From Promethearchaeum syntrophicum (lineage in GTDB: Archaea > Asgardarchaeota > Lokiarchaeia > Sigyniarchaeales > Promethearchaeaceae), in NCBI RefSeq assembly GCF_008000775.2, contig NZ_CP042905.2, positions 1,470,001 to 1,502,000 of the forward strand: a stretch of 32,000 nucleotides of DNA, written 5' to 3'. The notes under the pieces are model-generated. The model was not told the origin of the DNA. It searched no databases and worked only from the letters and a program-made list of their open reading frames with translations. Of the stretch, positions 8,572 to 20,996 are shown piece after piece (position 1 is the stretch's first letter; every line of letters begins with the position of its first letter). The translations under genes were made by a program, and so were the position numbers.

Positions 8572-9357
8572 CTATACTTTTTTTATCTTTTTAGCTTTGC
8601 AGATTAAGCTATCACTTGTTTTTAGCTTTAATGGTGCTTTTAAATAATTTTCCCAAAAACGAATATCTGAAAATCCGATTTTTTTTAGGATTTTCTCAAG
8701 ATCTTTCATTGAAATAAGTTTCCAAACACTGGATTTAACTTGGTGCTCATAATTCTCATCTCCTTTCTTTTTTATAAAGGAGATAAATTCAACTTTTAAA
8801 ATATTCTGAGAAAAATCCGGTTCAAATCGTTTCATAGTAAATACTTCCTGATCATCAGATATCTGAATAATATTTGACTTTTTATAACCCTTTCTTGGAT
8901 TATCGCTATTCAAAATTTGAAAGAATAGCATTCCATCTTTATTCAAACTTTCTGAAATTCTGCCTAAAAGATTTTCAATAGAAGATTCTCCCCAAATCAA
9001 TGATAGAGAATTACCTAATGAGAAAATAAAATCGAATTTATTATTGATTAAGAATGAATCTGAAAGAACATCCCCCGAAATGTATTTTAGATGACGTGCT
9101 TCTGCTTTTGATTCACTGATAGCATATTCTATCATATTCAAATCACGATCTATTCCATAAAAATTGTAATCCGGATATTTTTTCGCTAATTCTAATAAAT
9201 GTATCCCAGGACCGCAACCAATATCTAATATTCTGAGGGGTTTTTTGTTATTTTTATGATGTATTGAATTTATGATTTCCTTTAAAACAGGCATCTCCCT
9301 TCGTAAACGTTTGTCCCAATCAATTATCTTTAGATATATCTCAATATTTTGATACAT
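8572..9357 (-). CDS. Class I SAM-dependent methyltransferase
   Basis: Contains motif I, RILDIGCGPGIHLLELA, plus downstream acidic and FDFIFS motifs. The track start at 9366 is a TTG; the ATG at 9357 is preferred. Confidence 0.8.
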   Translation of the reverse strand: MYQNIEIYLKIIDWDKRLRREMPVLKEIINSIHHKNNKKPLRILDIGCGPGIHLLELAKKYPDYNFYGIDRDLNMIEYAISESKAEARHLKYISGDVLSDSFLINNKFDFIFSLGNSLSLIWGESSIENLLGRISESLNKDGMLFFQILNSDNPRKGYKKSNIIQISDDQEVFTMKRFEPDFSQNILKVEFISFIKKKGDENYEHQVKSSVWKLISMKDLEKILKKIGFSDIRFWENYLKAPLKLKTSDSLICKAKKIKKV

Positions 9358-9468
9358 TTTCTTCAAATTTGTTAATTTAAAATTTGATTAATAGACTATT
9401 CTTATCTATTATAAGATTTCGTAATGAATGAGCCATTAATATAAAAAAGAAAAAAATGATAAAAACGC

Positions 9469-11457
<1,989 letters not shown>

Positions 11458-11583
11458 ATGTAATTTTTTATTGATTCTTAGGAAAAAATTATTTAAATGA
11501 CTTTAAGCCCATTTTCAATCAATAAAAACACTTTTATTTTTACATAAATAATTTTGTATTAGAATATATGAAGAGTGATTAAA

Positions 11584-13437
11584 ATGGTAAAAAGAAGAAA
11601 ATATTTTTTGATTTTAATATTTATTATCGGATTTTTATGTATTTCTTTAGATCCATTAATTGAATTAAGAAAAGGTGAATTAAACCGAAAAATATTAATT
11701 ATTCCCGAATCAGCAATAACGTTTGATACAGAACCTAACAATGATTTCTCTACGGCTGTGGAAGTTATTCCGAATATAGAATGGGAAGGATTTGCATGGT
11801 GGGATATAGATTTTTATAATATCTCTTTAAACCCGTCCCAATTGATCGAAATATATTTTGAATTTACTGAAAATACTGGTCCTCCTGAAGGACTAGCTCC
11901 TTTAAAAATTTATGATGGAGATCATAATATATTAAACTCCTCATCGATAGAGGTTGGTGAATTTGTAGATCTGACAGCTAATAGTACAAGTGGAATATAT
12001 TTCTTTTCTGTAGAATATTATAATAGTGGAGATTGTTCTTACAATTTAACAGTAATAGTACCTGGATGGATTCCTCCAACTGAACCTGATATATATGAAC
12101 CTAACGACGATTTCAGTAGTGCATCATCACTCACTTTAGATGGAGATGGAGAACCAATAGAGCAATTAACAATTGATCCCGCTGGTGAAGTGGATTTTTA
12201 TTCAATTAGTCTGAATCAAAGGGATGATATTAGCATTTCATTATGGAATCTCCCTGCAAATTATGATCTCGCTTTTTTCTACCCTAACCAAACGCTTGTA
12301 AGTGAATCTACTAATACAGGTACAGCTGATGATGAAATTAACTATGAAAATGCATATGTGTCTGGAACTTATTATATTCGTGTTTCAGATTCGGATAATT
12401 ATGCAGGAGTATACAATCTTTCAATTCAAGTAATTGAATTTGGTCCCGGAGAAGATGATTTAGAACCGAATGATGATTTTGGGAGTGCTACTCCTCTCAC
12501 TTTGGATGGAGATGGAGAACCAATAGAGCAATTAACGATCGATCCTACAGGGGAAGTGGATTTTTATACAATTGATCTGAATCAAAGAGATGATATTAAC
12601 ATTATACTATGGAATCTCCCTGCGAATTATGATCTAGCTCTTTTCTATCCTAATCAAACGCTTGTAAGTGAATCTACTAATTTAGGTATAGCTGATGATG
12701 AAATTAATTATGATAATGCATATGCATCTGGGGCTTATTTTATTCGCGTTTCAGATTCGGAAAATTATGCAGGAGCATATAATCTTTCAATTTGGGTGGA
12801 TTTAAATGAAATACCGAATGCAGAATTCACAGTTAATTCAACCCTCATAGATCAAGGGGACTGGATTAGCTGTACTTTCACAGGATTTCCAGGAGATCTC
12901 CCAACCCAATTATATCAGTGGAATTTTGGTGATGGCACTATGAATACAACTATAGAAGACCCCACTCATCAATATCTCCTTGCAGGAGAATTCTATATAA
13001 CATTGACAATAATCGATGAAGACGGGGAATCTAGTGTTTCCACTCAAATTATCGATGTTAATGCAATACCATTTGCAGATTTCAATATAAATGAGTCAAC
13101 AATTCAAGAAGGAGATTGGATTAGTTGCACTTTCATAGGAAATTCGGGAGATCTTCCTACCACTTATGAATGGAATTTTGGGGATAGTATTGCAAACGTA
13201 ACTACCCAAAATTCTACTCATCAATATTTGACCTCTGGAGAATTTCAAATCACTTTAACAATAACAGATGAAGATGGTGAAACTTCTTCCCTCAAAAAAA
13301 CAATAATTGTTGGAAATGGGGTTTTTATTGGAGGATTTCCTTTAATCTTTGGGATAACTTCTCTAATCGGAACAATTTTAATACTTTGCAGGTTGATAAA
13401 GAAGAATAAACTTAGTTTCGGGAAAAAAAACTTGTAA
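11584..13437 (+). CDS. Membrane-anchored surface protein with three PPC-like (pre-peptidase C-terminal type) modules and two PKD domains
   Basis: It has an N-terminal signal/anchor (YFLILIFIIGFLCI). Three EPN(N/D)DF...DFY...Y.L.V modules follow, and then two PKD-like domains (WNFGDGT..HQY..G.Y.ITLTI.DEDGE). A C-terminal TM helix and a basic tail end the protein. The track start at 11575 is a GTG; the ATG at 11584 is preferred. Confidence 0.75.
   Translation: MVKRRKYFLILIFIIGFLCISLDPLIELRKGELNRKILIIPESAITFDTEPNNDFSTAVEVIPNIEWEGFAWWDIDFYNISLNPSQLIEIYFEFTENTGPPEGLAPLKIYDGDHNILNSSSIEVGEFVDLTANSTSGIYFFSVEYYNSGDCSYNLTVIVPGWIPPTEPDIYEPNDDFSSASSLTLDGDGEPIEQLTIDPAGEVDFYSISLNQRDDISISLWNLPANYDLAFFYPNQTLVSESTNTGTADDEINYENAYVSGTYYIRVSDSDNYAGVYNLSIQVIEFGPGEDDLEPNDDFGSATPLTLDGDGEPIEQLTIDPTGEVDFYTIDLNQRDDINIILWNLPANYDLALFYPNQTLVSESTNLGIADDEINYDNAYASGAYFIRVSDSENYAGAYNLSIWVDLNEIPNAEFTVNSTLIDQGDWISCTFTGFPGDLPTQLYQWNFGDGTMNTTIEDPTHQYLLAGEFYITLTIIDEDGESSVSTQIIDVNAIPFADFNINESTIQEGDWISCTFIGNSGDLPTTYEWNFGDSIANVTTQNSTHQYLTSGEFQITLTITDEDGETSSLKKTIIVGNGVFIGGFPLIFGITSLIGTILILCRLIKKNKLSFGKKNL
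12097..12798 (+). repeat. Intragenic tandem duplication with a 366-bp period: two 112-aa PPC-like modules at 12097-12432 and 12463-12798
   Basis: By my count, the two modules share 94 of 112 identical residues. Long identical DNA runs are present, for example ttagatggagatggagaaccaatagagcaattaac. Confidence 0.9.
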
Positions 13438-13569
13438 AATTGATATGAAATCAATTATCTTTCATTTTTTTTTATTCCTTTATTTTTATTATAAATTGCT
13501 CATTTAAATGAAGCTTTAATCCAATTAAAATAATAATACTAAAAAATCATAAATATTTATTATTTAAAT

Positions 13570-14793
13570 ATGCCATCTTTGAGAATTGAAGAAGTTAAGG
13601 AAGTTGCAGTTATTGGGGCTGGAGATATGGGTCATGGGATTGTGGAATTATGTGCTTTGAATGGATATAAGGTATACTTGAAAGATATTGATCAAAAAAT
13701 TCTTGGGAAAGCTAAAAAACGTATTAGAGAAAGCCTAAATATTCTAGAACGGAAAGGAAAACTTAAAGATGAAACAATTGAAACAGTTTTAGGTCGAATT
13801 TTTCTGATTTTGGATTACGAACATTCTTTAGAAAATTGTCAACTAGCAATTGAAGCGGTTCCCGAAATAATGTCTCTAAAAAAAAAAATTTTCTCTGAAT
13901 TAGACTCTAAGCTACCAAAATCAGCAATTATTGCAACAAATACTTCAAACATGAGCATCACTGAGCTAGCTTCCCAGACAAATCGTAGTTCTCAAGTTGT
14001 AGGGATGCATTTTTTTAATCCAGTAATATTGATGAAAACCATTGAAATAATCAAAGGCAGTAATACTAGTGATGAAACCATGAAATTTACTGAAAATTTT
14101 GCTTATTCGCTTAATAAATTACCCATTCCTGTTCTAAAAGATGTTCCTGGATTTATCGTAAATCGGGTTCAAGCACCAAGTTCGGTTTTATTAAATAAAA
14201 CTATTGAAAAAAAAATTGCAACTTTCAGCCAAATAGATGCGAATTTCAGAAAGATAGGTCAACCAATGGGACCTTTTGAACTGATGGATTATGTGGGATT
14301 AGATATATATAAACATGGTGCTGATTATTTTGCTCAAAAAATTCATCCTGAATTCAAGTCTCCAAAATGGGTTAATGAATTAATCACAGCAGGAAAATTA
14401 GGAAAGAAAACCAATCATGGAATTTACGATTGGTCTTCTGGAAGACCTTTTATTGATTTAGATGATACTACAGAGAAATTCGATGCTAAAGATATACTTC
14501 TTGTTCAAGTAAATGAAGCAGCAAAATTAATTGAACAAGGTGTTGTTGAGTATCCTGGTGATATTGATTTGGCAATTCAAAATGCAACGGGAAATGTTTC
14601 GGGAATTTTCTGGCTTTTAAAAGACGATAGGGAATATTTAATAAATCGACTAAATTTTCTCGCGAATGAAATGGGAATTGATACTTTTCGTCCAATTGAT
14701 TTCTTAAAAGATATGGCTATTCCAAGTGCGCGAAAAGCTCTAAAAGCAAGAAAAAGGAAAAGAAAAGAAGAAAAAGATAAAAAAAAATTATAG
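13570..14793 (+). CDS. 3-hydroxyacyl-CoA dehydrogenase (NAD-binding domain plus C-terminal domains) with a lysine/arginine-rich tail
   Basis: Contains a Rossmann motif (VAVIGAGDMGHGI), then ATNTSNMSI, GMHFFNP and PGFIVNR. The length (407 aa) fits the long archaeal form. The tail reads ARKALKARKRKRKEEKDKKKL. Confidence 0.85.
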   Translation: MPSLRIEEVKEVAVIGAGDMGHGIVELCALNGYKVYLKDIDQKILGKAKKRIRESLNILERKGKLKDETIETVLGRIFLILDYEHSLENCQLAIEAVPEIMSLKKKIFSELDSKLPKSAIIATNTSNMSITELASQTNRSSQVVGMHFFNPVILMKTIEIIKGSNTSDETMKFTENFAYSLNKLPIPVLKDVPGFIVNRVQAPSSVLLNKTIEKKIATFSQIDANFRKIGQPMGPFELMDYVGLDIYKHGADYFAQKIHPEFKSPKWVNELITAGKLGKKTNHGIYDWSSGRPFIDLDDTTEKFDAKDILLVQVNEAAKLIEQGVVEYPGDIDLAIQNATGNVSGIFWLLKDDREYLINRLNFLANEMGIDTFRPIDFLKDMAIPSARKALKARKRKRKEEKDKKKL

Positions 14794-14814
14794 CAAATCA
14801 TTTCAAAGTGGATT

Positions 14815-17088
14815 CTAAACTTTTATCTTTTTATAGAACATAAAAGATTCACCAATAATAACAACAACAGCTGTAATAGCTACAATCATCCAAATTGATT
14901 CTCCGCTTAATTTTGTATTTCCCTCAGAAATCTGATTTGGAGTTAAGAAACAAATTTGAGAGTCTCTGCGAGCGCTATAAGAAATGTAAGGGGTTATAGA
15001 TATATTTTCAATTGATAAATTTTTCAGTAGCGTGAATCTTGTTCTATAATTCAAAGATTCCCCTGGATATAATGTTCCGATTGAGAATTCTGGTCCTATT
15101 CCTTCTAAATATTCTAAGTAAAAATATTCATCAATTCCATAAGTCTCATAATAGCTGGCTTGAGTGTATACATTATATGCAGGAGTTGTTCCAATATTTG
15201 AAATTGTAGACTCTATTGTAATGATTGATCCCGCTTCACTTGAAGGGGCGGAAATTTCTTGTTTAAATATTAAAATTGGACCGAATTTTTGGTCCTCGCG
15301 AGGATATATTAAATAAATCGAAAATCCTGCATCATTACTATTCATTAAGATCGAATCTTCTCCATCTTCAATTTCTTCACTATAGAATTCTAAATTGCAT
15401 GAATACCCACTATTTCCTCCGAAATAGCGATTATATGCATCCACCGTATATATTGCAGAAACATTTACTGAATCTGAAGAATTTAGTCGTTCAATTATTC
15501 CTGAATCATTTGTCAAATTCACACCTAATTCATTGAAATATCCATAATTTTGAGTCGGATTAAAGTCCCATTTAATATCTGAAGCAAAAACATCACCAAT
15601 ATTTGTAATCACTGCTGAAATGTTAACATTTTCTCCAACTTGAGGTCCAATATTATCAATATTATATTGTAGAACCATCCAAGGTTCTGGATCAGCATCA
15701 TTGTTAAAAATTTTAATTCGATTTGAGGTTCCATAAAATCTATCATCAGAAAATTGAGGTCTGGACCAATGATTGGCCAAATCCAAGTTGCTAGTTGCGT
15801 CATAATAATATTGCATCTGATAAACAGGTGTGTTATCATTATGAGTATCACTAATATATAATGTTGATATTGTAGATGTTTCTCCAGGTTCTAGACTTTC
15901 GATATTAATTATTAAATCTTCGATAGTAAAATTATAATTATTGATATCTGGATGAATTATGTCTATATCATAGGCTGTTTGACCTCCGACATTAGTAAAT
16001 GTGGCTGTAACATTAATTTCCTCTCCATAGTTTACTGTTGTATCGTCTAATGAATATATACAATTTAGAATTGGTTGTGATTCTCGACCATCTCTAAAAA
16101 CAAAATTAGCATCATCTGGTAAATAACCATGCATATCCCCTTCAAAATGAAGTTCACGTTCAATATGGCATCTATCTTGTATTTCATCAGAGAGGGAAGG
16201 AGTTACAGAAGAAATTTCTGCGCCTTTATACAAGAAAATATTTAGGGTTGAATCATTCACCCATGTTGGCATCTGAAAATTTCCTTCATAACCCAAGATT
16301 TCATTAAAATTAATTGTATTTTCAGATTCTTTTCCAATATTGACTAAATTTTCTCGGTATAATTCTAAATCCACTTCATATTCCCATCGAAATTCACTAT
16401 TTTCATCATCCCAATTTGCATCAATACTTATGGCTTTATTAGGTGACTCTAGAATTTTATCTTTTGATAATAAAGTTGTATTTCCACATGGAAATGGTGT
16501 TAAGATAGAATCCCAAATTGTTTCATAATCTTGAGGAAATGCTCGAAATTGGCAATTCCATTCAGTAGACCAAGGATATGATGAATTTTCATATTGCAAG
16601 AAATCAACATTCAGTGTTGTTTCTAATTGAGAAACTAAACTATCAAGCCAAGTTTTTCCTAAACTTAAATTTTGATAATTGTCGAAATCAACCTCAATTT
16701 CTAATGAAAGATGAGAAAAACTATATTCCCAATCATTTCCGGGAAGATCCGATTCAAAATACCCTCCATTTTCCGAAGCATAAATTCCCATCTCTTGAGG
16801 TTTTGGAGTGGATTGGTATACACTAAGAACAACGTCAACATCTTCAATTGCAGAAGTTGTTGAATTTGGAGCAGTTAAATTAACTGGAAAATCAACGAAC
16901 ATGCCTTGATCTGTGATATCCCAATGATAAATAACATCTCCATTTTTTGAAATATATATATTTAAATCTTCATCATATTCCTTTGTATAATTGTCTTCAC
17001 CTTGAGCGTTAACTGATTGTATTGGGTGATTCCATAATAGAATCATCCCTAATAAAATAATAAATGTATACTTCGTTATTTTTTTCAT
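14815..17088 (-). CDS. Large secreted, C-terminally anchored surface protein with CARDB-like repeats
   Basis: 757 aa. It has an N-terminal signal peptide (ILLGMILLWNHPIQSVNA) and a C-terminal TM helix (IWMIVAITAVVVIIG). Three segments fit the CARDB pattern: GEEINVTATFTNVGGQTAYDIDI, GENVNISAVITNIGDVFASDIKW and GSIITIESTISNIGTTPAYNVY. It carries many N-x-S/T sequons. Confidence 0.6.
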   Translation of the reverse strand: MKKITKYTFIILLGMILLWNHPIQSVNAQGEDNYTKEYDEDLNIYISKNGDVIYHWDITDQGMFVDFPVNLTAPNSTTSAIEDVDVVLSVYQSTPKPQEMGIYASENGGYFESDLPGNDWEYSFSHLSLEIEVDFDNYQNLSLGKTWLDSLVSQLETTLNVDFLQYENSSYPWSTEWNCQFRAFPQDYETIWDSILTPFPCGNTTLLSKDKILESPNKAISIDANWDDENSEFRWEYEVDLELYRENLVNIGKESENTINFNEILGYEGNFQMPTWVNDSTLNIFLYKGAEISSVTPSLSDEIQDRCHIERELHFEGDMHGYLPDDANFVFRDGRESQPILNCIYSLDDTTVNYGEEINVTATFTNVGGQTAYDIDIIHPDINNYNFTIEDLIINIESLEPGETSTISTLYISDTHNDNTPVYQMQYYYDATSNLDLANHWSRPQFSDDRFYGTSNRIKIFNNDADPEPWMVLQYNIDNIGPQVGENVNISAVITNIGDVFASDIKWDFNPTQNYGYFNELGVNLTNDSGIIERLNSSDSVNVSAIYTVDAYNRYFGGNSGYSCNLEFYSEEIEDGEDSILMNSNDAGFSIYLIYPREDQKFGPILIFKQEISAPSSEAGSIITIESTISNIGTTPAYNVYTQASYYETYGIDEYFYLEYLEGIGPEFSIGTLYPGESLNYRTRFTLLKNLSIENISITPYISYSARRDSQICFLTPNQISEGNTKLSGESIWMIVAITAVVVIIGESFMFYKKIKV

Positions 17089-17221
17089 TTTTTTTCACTG
17101 TTAACAACGTTATAATGAGTTTTTTATAAAAAACCCTTAAGTAATGAATTTCTGTTTCATCAATATAAATCTAGCCCCCTAGAACGGAAATTTTTTCTTT
17201 TTCGATACCAAATTAAATAAT

Positions 17222-18433
17222 ATGCCGGAAATTCGTTTTAAAAATATCACAGATTTGGATATAAAAGGGAAAAAAATCCTTGTTCGTGCAGATATTAACT
17301 CAAGTATTGACTTGGAAAAGAACGAAATACGCTCAGATCCGCGTATAAAAGCACTCGTTCCGACTTTAGAGGCATTGAAGGATGCTGCTGTTGTTTTAAT
17401 TGCTCACCAAAGTCGTTTTGGAAAACCTGATTGTATTGATTTAAAACTTCATGCTGAACTTTTAAATAAATATTTAGGTGGAACAGTGAAATTTGTTAAA
17501 GATCTATTTGGTGAAGAAGCCATTGCTGCCATTAAAGCATTACAACCCGGAGAAGTTTTAGTATTGAATAATGTTAGACTTTGGGAAATCGAAACAAAAG
17601 TAAAAAGTATTGAAGAAGCAGAACAAACAGAGCTAATTGCAAAATTAACTCCATTATTTGATTATTTTGTAAATGATGCTTTTGGGGCCGCACATAGAGC
17701 TCATGTGTCTTTAGTTGGTTGGCCAAAAATTTGCGCAGGCCCTGTGGTAAAACGCGAATTAGAAATGGTCCAATCTTTATTTAATCCAAAAAAGCCTTCA
17801 GTATGGTTAGTTGGTGGGGCCAAAGCATATGATAAATTTCTTGCTGTTAAATTTAACCTTGAAGAAGGAAATATTGATAAAGCATTGATTTGCGGTTTAA
17901 CCGCAATTTTAATGTTAGAAGCTAAGGGAATTGATATGGGTGAACCAAATAGAAAATTCATAGCTGAAGATTTAGATAAACATCGCGCTGAAATAGCTGA
18001 AACCTGTGAGAAATTTAAAGACAGTATCATATTACCTGAAGATATGGCTTATGAAGAAGATGGTAAAAGAAAAGAGATTGACACAAATCAAGTTGGATCT
18101 ATTAGCAAATCTACAGGAGATATTGGTTCAAAATCTATTGCAACATTTAAAGAAATTTTGAAATCTGCAGCCACTATTGTAGCAAATGGCCCCCCAGGAA
18201 TTTTTGAGAAAGAAGTTTTCAAACAATCATCCTTTGAAATTGTTGAAGCAATGGCTGAAGCTGCTAAACAAGGTGCCTTTGTATGTATCGGGGGAGGAGA
18301 TATGGGGGCAGTCGCTGAAATGTCTGGTCATGGTGATAAAATTTACATTTCCACTGGTGGTGGGGCATTATTACGAATTTTGAGTGGAAAAGATTTACCC
18401 CTATTAAAAGTGCTAAGAGAAAAAATGCCATAA
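17222..18433 (+). CDS. pgk: Phosphoglycerate kinase (archaeal type)
   Basis: 403 aa. It contains ILVRADINS, LIAHQSRFGKP, NDAFGAAHRAH and a C-terminal YISTGGGALL..L.GK.LP, all of which are PGK signatures. Confidence 0.9.
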   Translation: MPEIRFKNITDLDIKGKKILVRADINSSIDLEKNEIRSDPRIKALVPTLEALKDAAVVLIAHQSRFGKPDCIDLKLHAELLNKYLGGTVKFVKDLFGEEAIAAIKALQPGEVLVLNNVRLWEIETKVKSIEEAEQTELIAKLTPLFDYFVNDAFGAAHRAHVSLVGWPKICAGPVVKRELEMVQSLFNPKKPSVWLVGGAKAYDKFLAVKFNLEEGNIDKALICGLTAILMLEAKGIDMGEPNRKFIAEDLDKHRAEIAETCEKFKDSIILPEDMAYEEDGKRKEIDTNQVGSISKSTGDIGSKSIATFKEILKSAATIVANGPPGIFEKEVFKQSSFEIVEAMAEAAKQGAFVCIGGGDMGAVAEMSGHGDKIYISTGGGALLRILSGKDLPLLKVLREKMP

Positions 18434-18572
18434 TGCCTTAATATGAACAATTTTTTACTTTTTTTTTTGTATCTATTCTAGAATTGAATATTTCTAAATT
18501 CTTTTGAGATCTCTTTACAAAATGATATAAAATAGTATCAAAAATTTTTAATGATGGTGGATTATTCAATTC

Positions 18573-20846
18573 ATGGTAACCACCGAACCAATTGACATTC
18601 CTACTGAGATTAATCCCAAAGAAATTAATAAAAGAATTGCTGAAACACAAAAAATTGATTTAATGATCATTTTAAAAACAGTAGAACTCTTACAATCAGG
18701 AAATACAGTCCCTTTTGTAGCACGTTACAGGAAAGAGGTTACCAAAGGATTGGATGAAACTCAACTTCGGGCAATTCAAAAAGATCTCAATAAGTTTATT
18801 CTCTTAGATGAACGAAAAATTGTTGTGCTTAATATAATCCAAAAACAAGGAAAACTTACCGAGGAATTAAAGTCGAAAATTCTAAAAGCTGCCACTCTAC
18901 AAGATGTAGAAGATTTATACTTACCTTATAAACCAAAATTGAAAACTTTGGGTACAAAAGCTCGTGAAAAGGGGTTGGAACCCCTTTCAAACTTAATAAT
19001 TTCAGGTCAAAAAGAAGGAACAATTGAAGAGGTCGTGAAGCGGTTTCTCAATCCCGAGAAAGATGTAAACACAATTGATGAAGCAATATCAGGGGCTATT
19101 GATATTATCGCAGAAGATGTTGGAACAAATCCAGATCATCGAAAAATGGTTAGAAATGTGGTTTTTAAAAGATCACAACTGAAATCCGAGGTAAATAAGA
19201 AAATTTTGGATGGTTCACTCATTCCCCAAACAAAAGAAGGGAAAATCATTGATCATAATATTTTTGAAATCTATTTTGATTTTCCACTTGAAACCACTCG
19301 GTTAAAAAACCATCAAATTTTAGCGCTTCATCGGGGAGAAAAATTTAAAATACTCAATTTAACGTTTCAAACTCCTGATGAAGATTTAATTCATGAATTA
19401 AAGAAGCAAATTATGAAAAATCAGACTAAGCAAGATAATATCTTCTTCGATCACTATCAAAAAGCAATCGAATCCGGATATAAACGATATATTGTGAGAG
19501 CTATTAAACGCGAATTATGGAATAAATTATGTGATGAAGCAGAAATTCATGCAATCAAAGTTTTTGCCACCAATCTTAAAAATTTATTAATGACCGCACC
19601 GATGAAGCATAAAGCAATAATTGGGATCGATCCTGGTTATAGAACCGGATGTAAAGTTGCAGTTATTGATCAATATGGAAAATTCCTTGAAAATGCTACA
19701 ATTTATCCCCACGAACCAAAAAATCAGATTGATTTATCCAAAAAAATTTTATTTAATCTCGCAAAATCCCACAAAGCACTTACCTTTGCAATTGGGAATG
19801 GGACTGCTTCCAGAGAAACAGAACAATTAGTCGTTCAAATCATTAAAGATTACGCTACAAAATCATTTCCTTTAAACTATGCTATGGTTAGTGAAGATGG
19901 AGCTTCTGTTTATTCTGCATCTAAAACTGCCATCGAGGAATTTCCTGATTTGGATTTAACCGTGCGCGGTGCGATCAGTATAGCTAGGCGGCTACAAGAC
20001 CCTCTTAGTGAATTAATTAAGATTGATCCAAAAAGTATGGGTGTTGGGATGTATCAACATGATGTAAATCAGCGCGAGCTTAAATCCGAATTGGATGCGG
20101 TTATTGAAGATTGTGTTAATTCAGTTGGAGTTGATTTAAACACTGCTTCTGTTAGTTTGCTTGAGCATATATCAGGATTAACAAAGTCTCTTAGTAAACG
20201 TATTTTTCAATTCAAACAGAAAAATGGTGTTATTACTTCGCGGGATCAACTAAAAGAAATTAAAGGGTTAGGTCCTAAAGCATTTGAACAATGTGCTGGA
20301 TTTTTAAAAATACCCAATGCACCAAATCCATTGGATAGTACTTTCGTACATCCCGAATCGTATGATTTAACCAAAAAGATTTTGAATGAACTCGGATTAA
20401 AACCAGCTGATCTTATCAATCCAAAAACGCGAAATGAAGCGGCTGAGACCTTATTGAAGGTTAGACCAAAATCTTTTGCTGCAAAATTTGGAGTGGATTC
20501 AAATAAAATTCGTTACCTAGTCGAACAATTACGAAAACCTGATTTAGATCCACGGGATGATTCTGAAGGGCCTGTTTTACGTCAAGATGTCCTTTCTATT
20601 GATGATTTAAAAGAAGGAATGATATTGAAAGGGACTATTAGGAATGTAGTCGATTTTGGCGCATTTGTGGATATTGGAGTTAAAATTAATGGACTCGTTC
20701 ATAAGAGTCAAATTGCCAATCAATACGTAAAAAATCCACAAGATTTTCTGTCTGTTGGAGAAGTGAAGGATTTTATAATTTTTAAAGTGGATAAAGAACG
20801 TAAACGGATTCAACTCTCGCTAAAACTAATTCCCCAAGAAAAATGA
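18573..20846 (+). CDS. tex: Tex-like transcription accessory protein (Tex/Spt6 core: HtH, YqgF-like, HhH and C-terminal S1 domains)
   Basis: 757 aa. The N-terminus, LLQSGNTVPFVARYRKEVTKGLDETQLRAI...DLYLPYKPK, matches E. coli YhgF/Tex almost motif for motif. It also has a YqgF-like segment (IIGIDPGYRTGCKVAVID) and a C-terminal S1 domain (GTIRNVVDFGAFVDIGVKINGLVHKSQI). Confidence 0.88.
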   Translation: MVTTEPIDIPTEINPKEINKRIAETQKIDLMIILKTVELLQSGNTVPFVARYRKEVTKGLDETQLRAIQKDLNKFILLDERKIVVLNIIQKQGKLTEELKSKILKAATLQDVEDLYLPYKPKLKTLGTKAREKGLEPLSNLIISGQKEGTIEEVVKRFLNPEKDVNTIDEAISGAIDIIAEDVGTNPDHRKMVRNVVFKRSQLKSEVNKKILDGSLIPQTKEGKIIDHNIFEIYFDFPLETTRLKNHQILALHRGEKFKILNLTFQTPDEDLIHELKKQIMKNQTKQDNIFFDHYQKAIESGYKRYIVRAIKRELWNKLCDEAEIHAIKVFATNLKNLLMTAPMKHKAIIGIDPGYRTGCKVAVIDQYGKFLENATIYPHEPKNQIDLSKKILFNLAKSHKALTFAIGNGTASRETEQLVVQIIKDYATKSFPLNYAMVSEDGASVYSASKTAIEEFPDLDLTVRGAISIARRLQDPLSELIKIDPKSMGVGMYQHDVNQRELKSELDAVIEDCVNSVGVDLNTASVSLLEHISGLTKSLSKRIFQFKQKNGVITSRDQLKEIKGLGPKAFEQCAGFLKIPNAPNPLDSTFVHPESYDLTKKILNELGLKPADLINPKTRNEAAETLLKVRPKSFAAKFGVDSNKIRYLVEQLRKPDLDPRDDSEGPVLRQDVLSIDDLKEGMILKGTIRNVVDFGAFVDIGVKINGLVHKSQIANQYVKNPQDFLSVGEVKDFIIFKVDKERKRIQLSLKLIPQEK

Positions 20847-20959
20847 AATTAAGGGATAAACCCCTATGAAATTTTAAAATACAACTATTTCCCTCTTTCA
20901 ACCTATTTTTTTTAACCAATACTTTAAAAATTTCTTAACCCTTTTTAGAATTAAATACG

Positions 20960-20967
20960 TTATAAAT
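20960..20967 (+). promoter_or_regulatory. TATA-box-like element (ttataaat) upstream of the NifU-like gene
   Basis: With the usual archaeal spacing, transcription would start near 20990. That favours the ATG at 20997 over the TTG at 20988. Confidence 0.3.
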
Positions 20968-20996
20968 CGAATATTAAATTTAAATAATTGAGAAAA

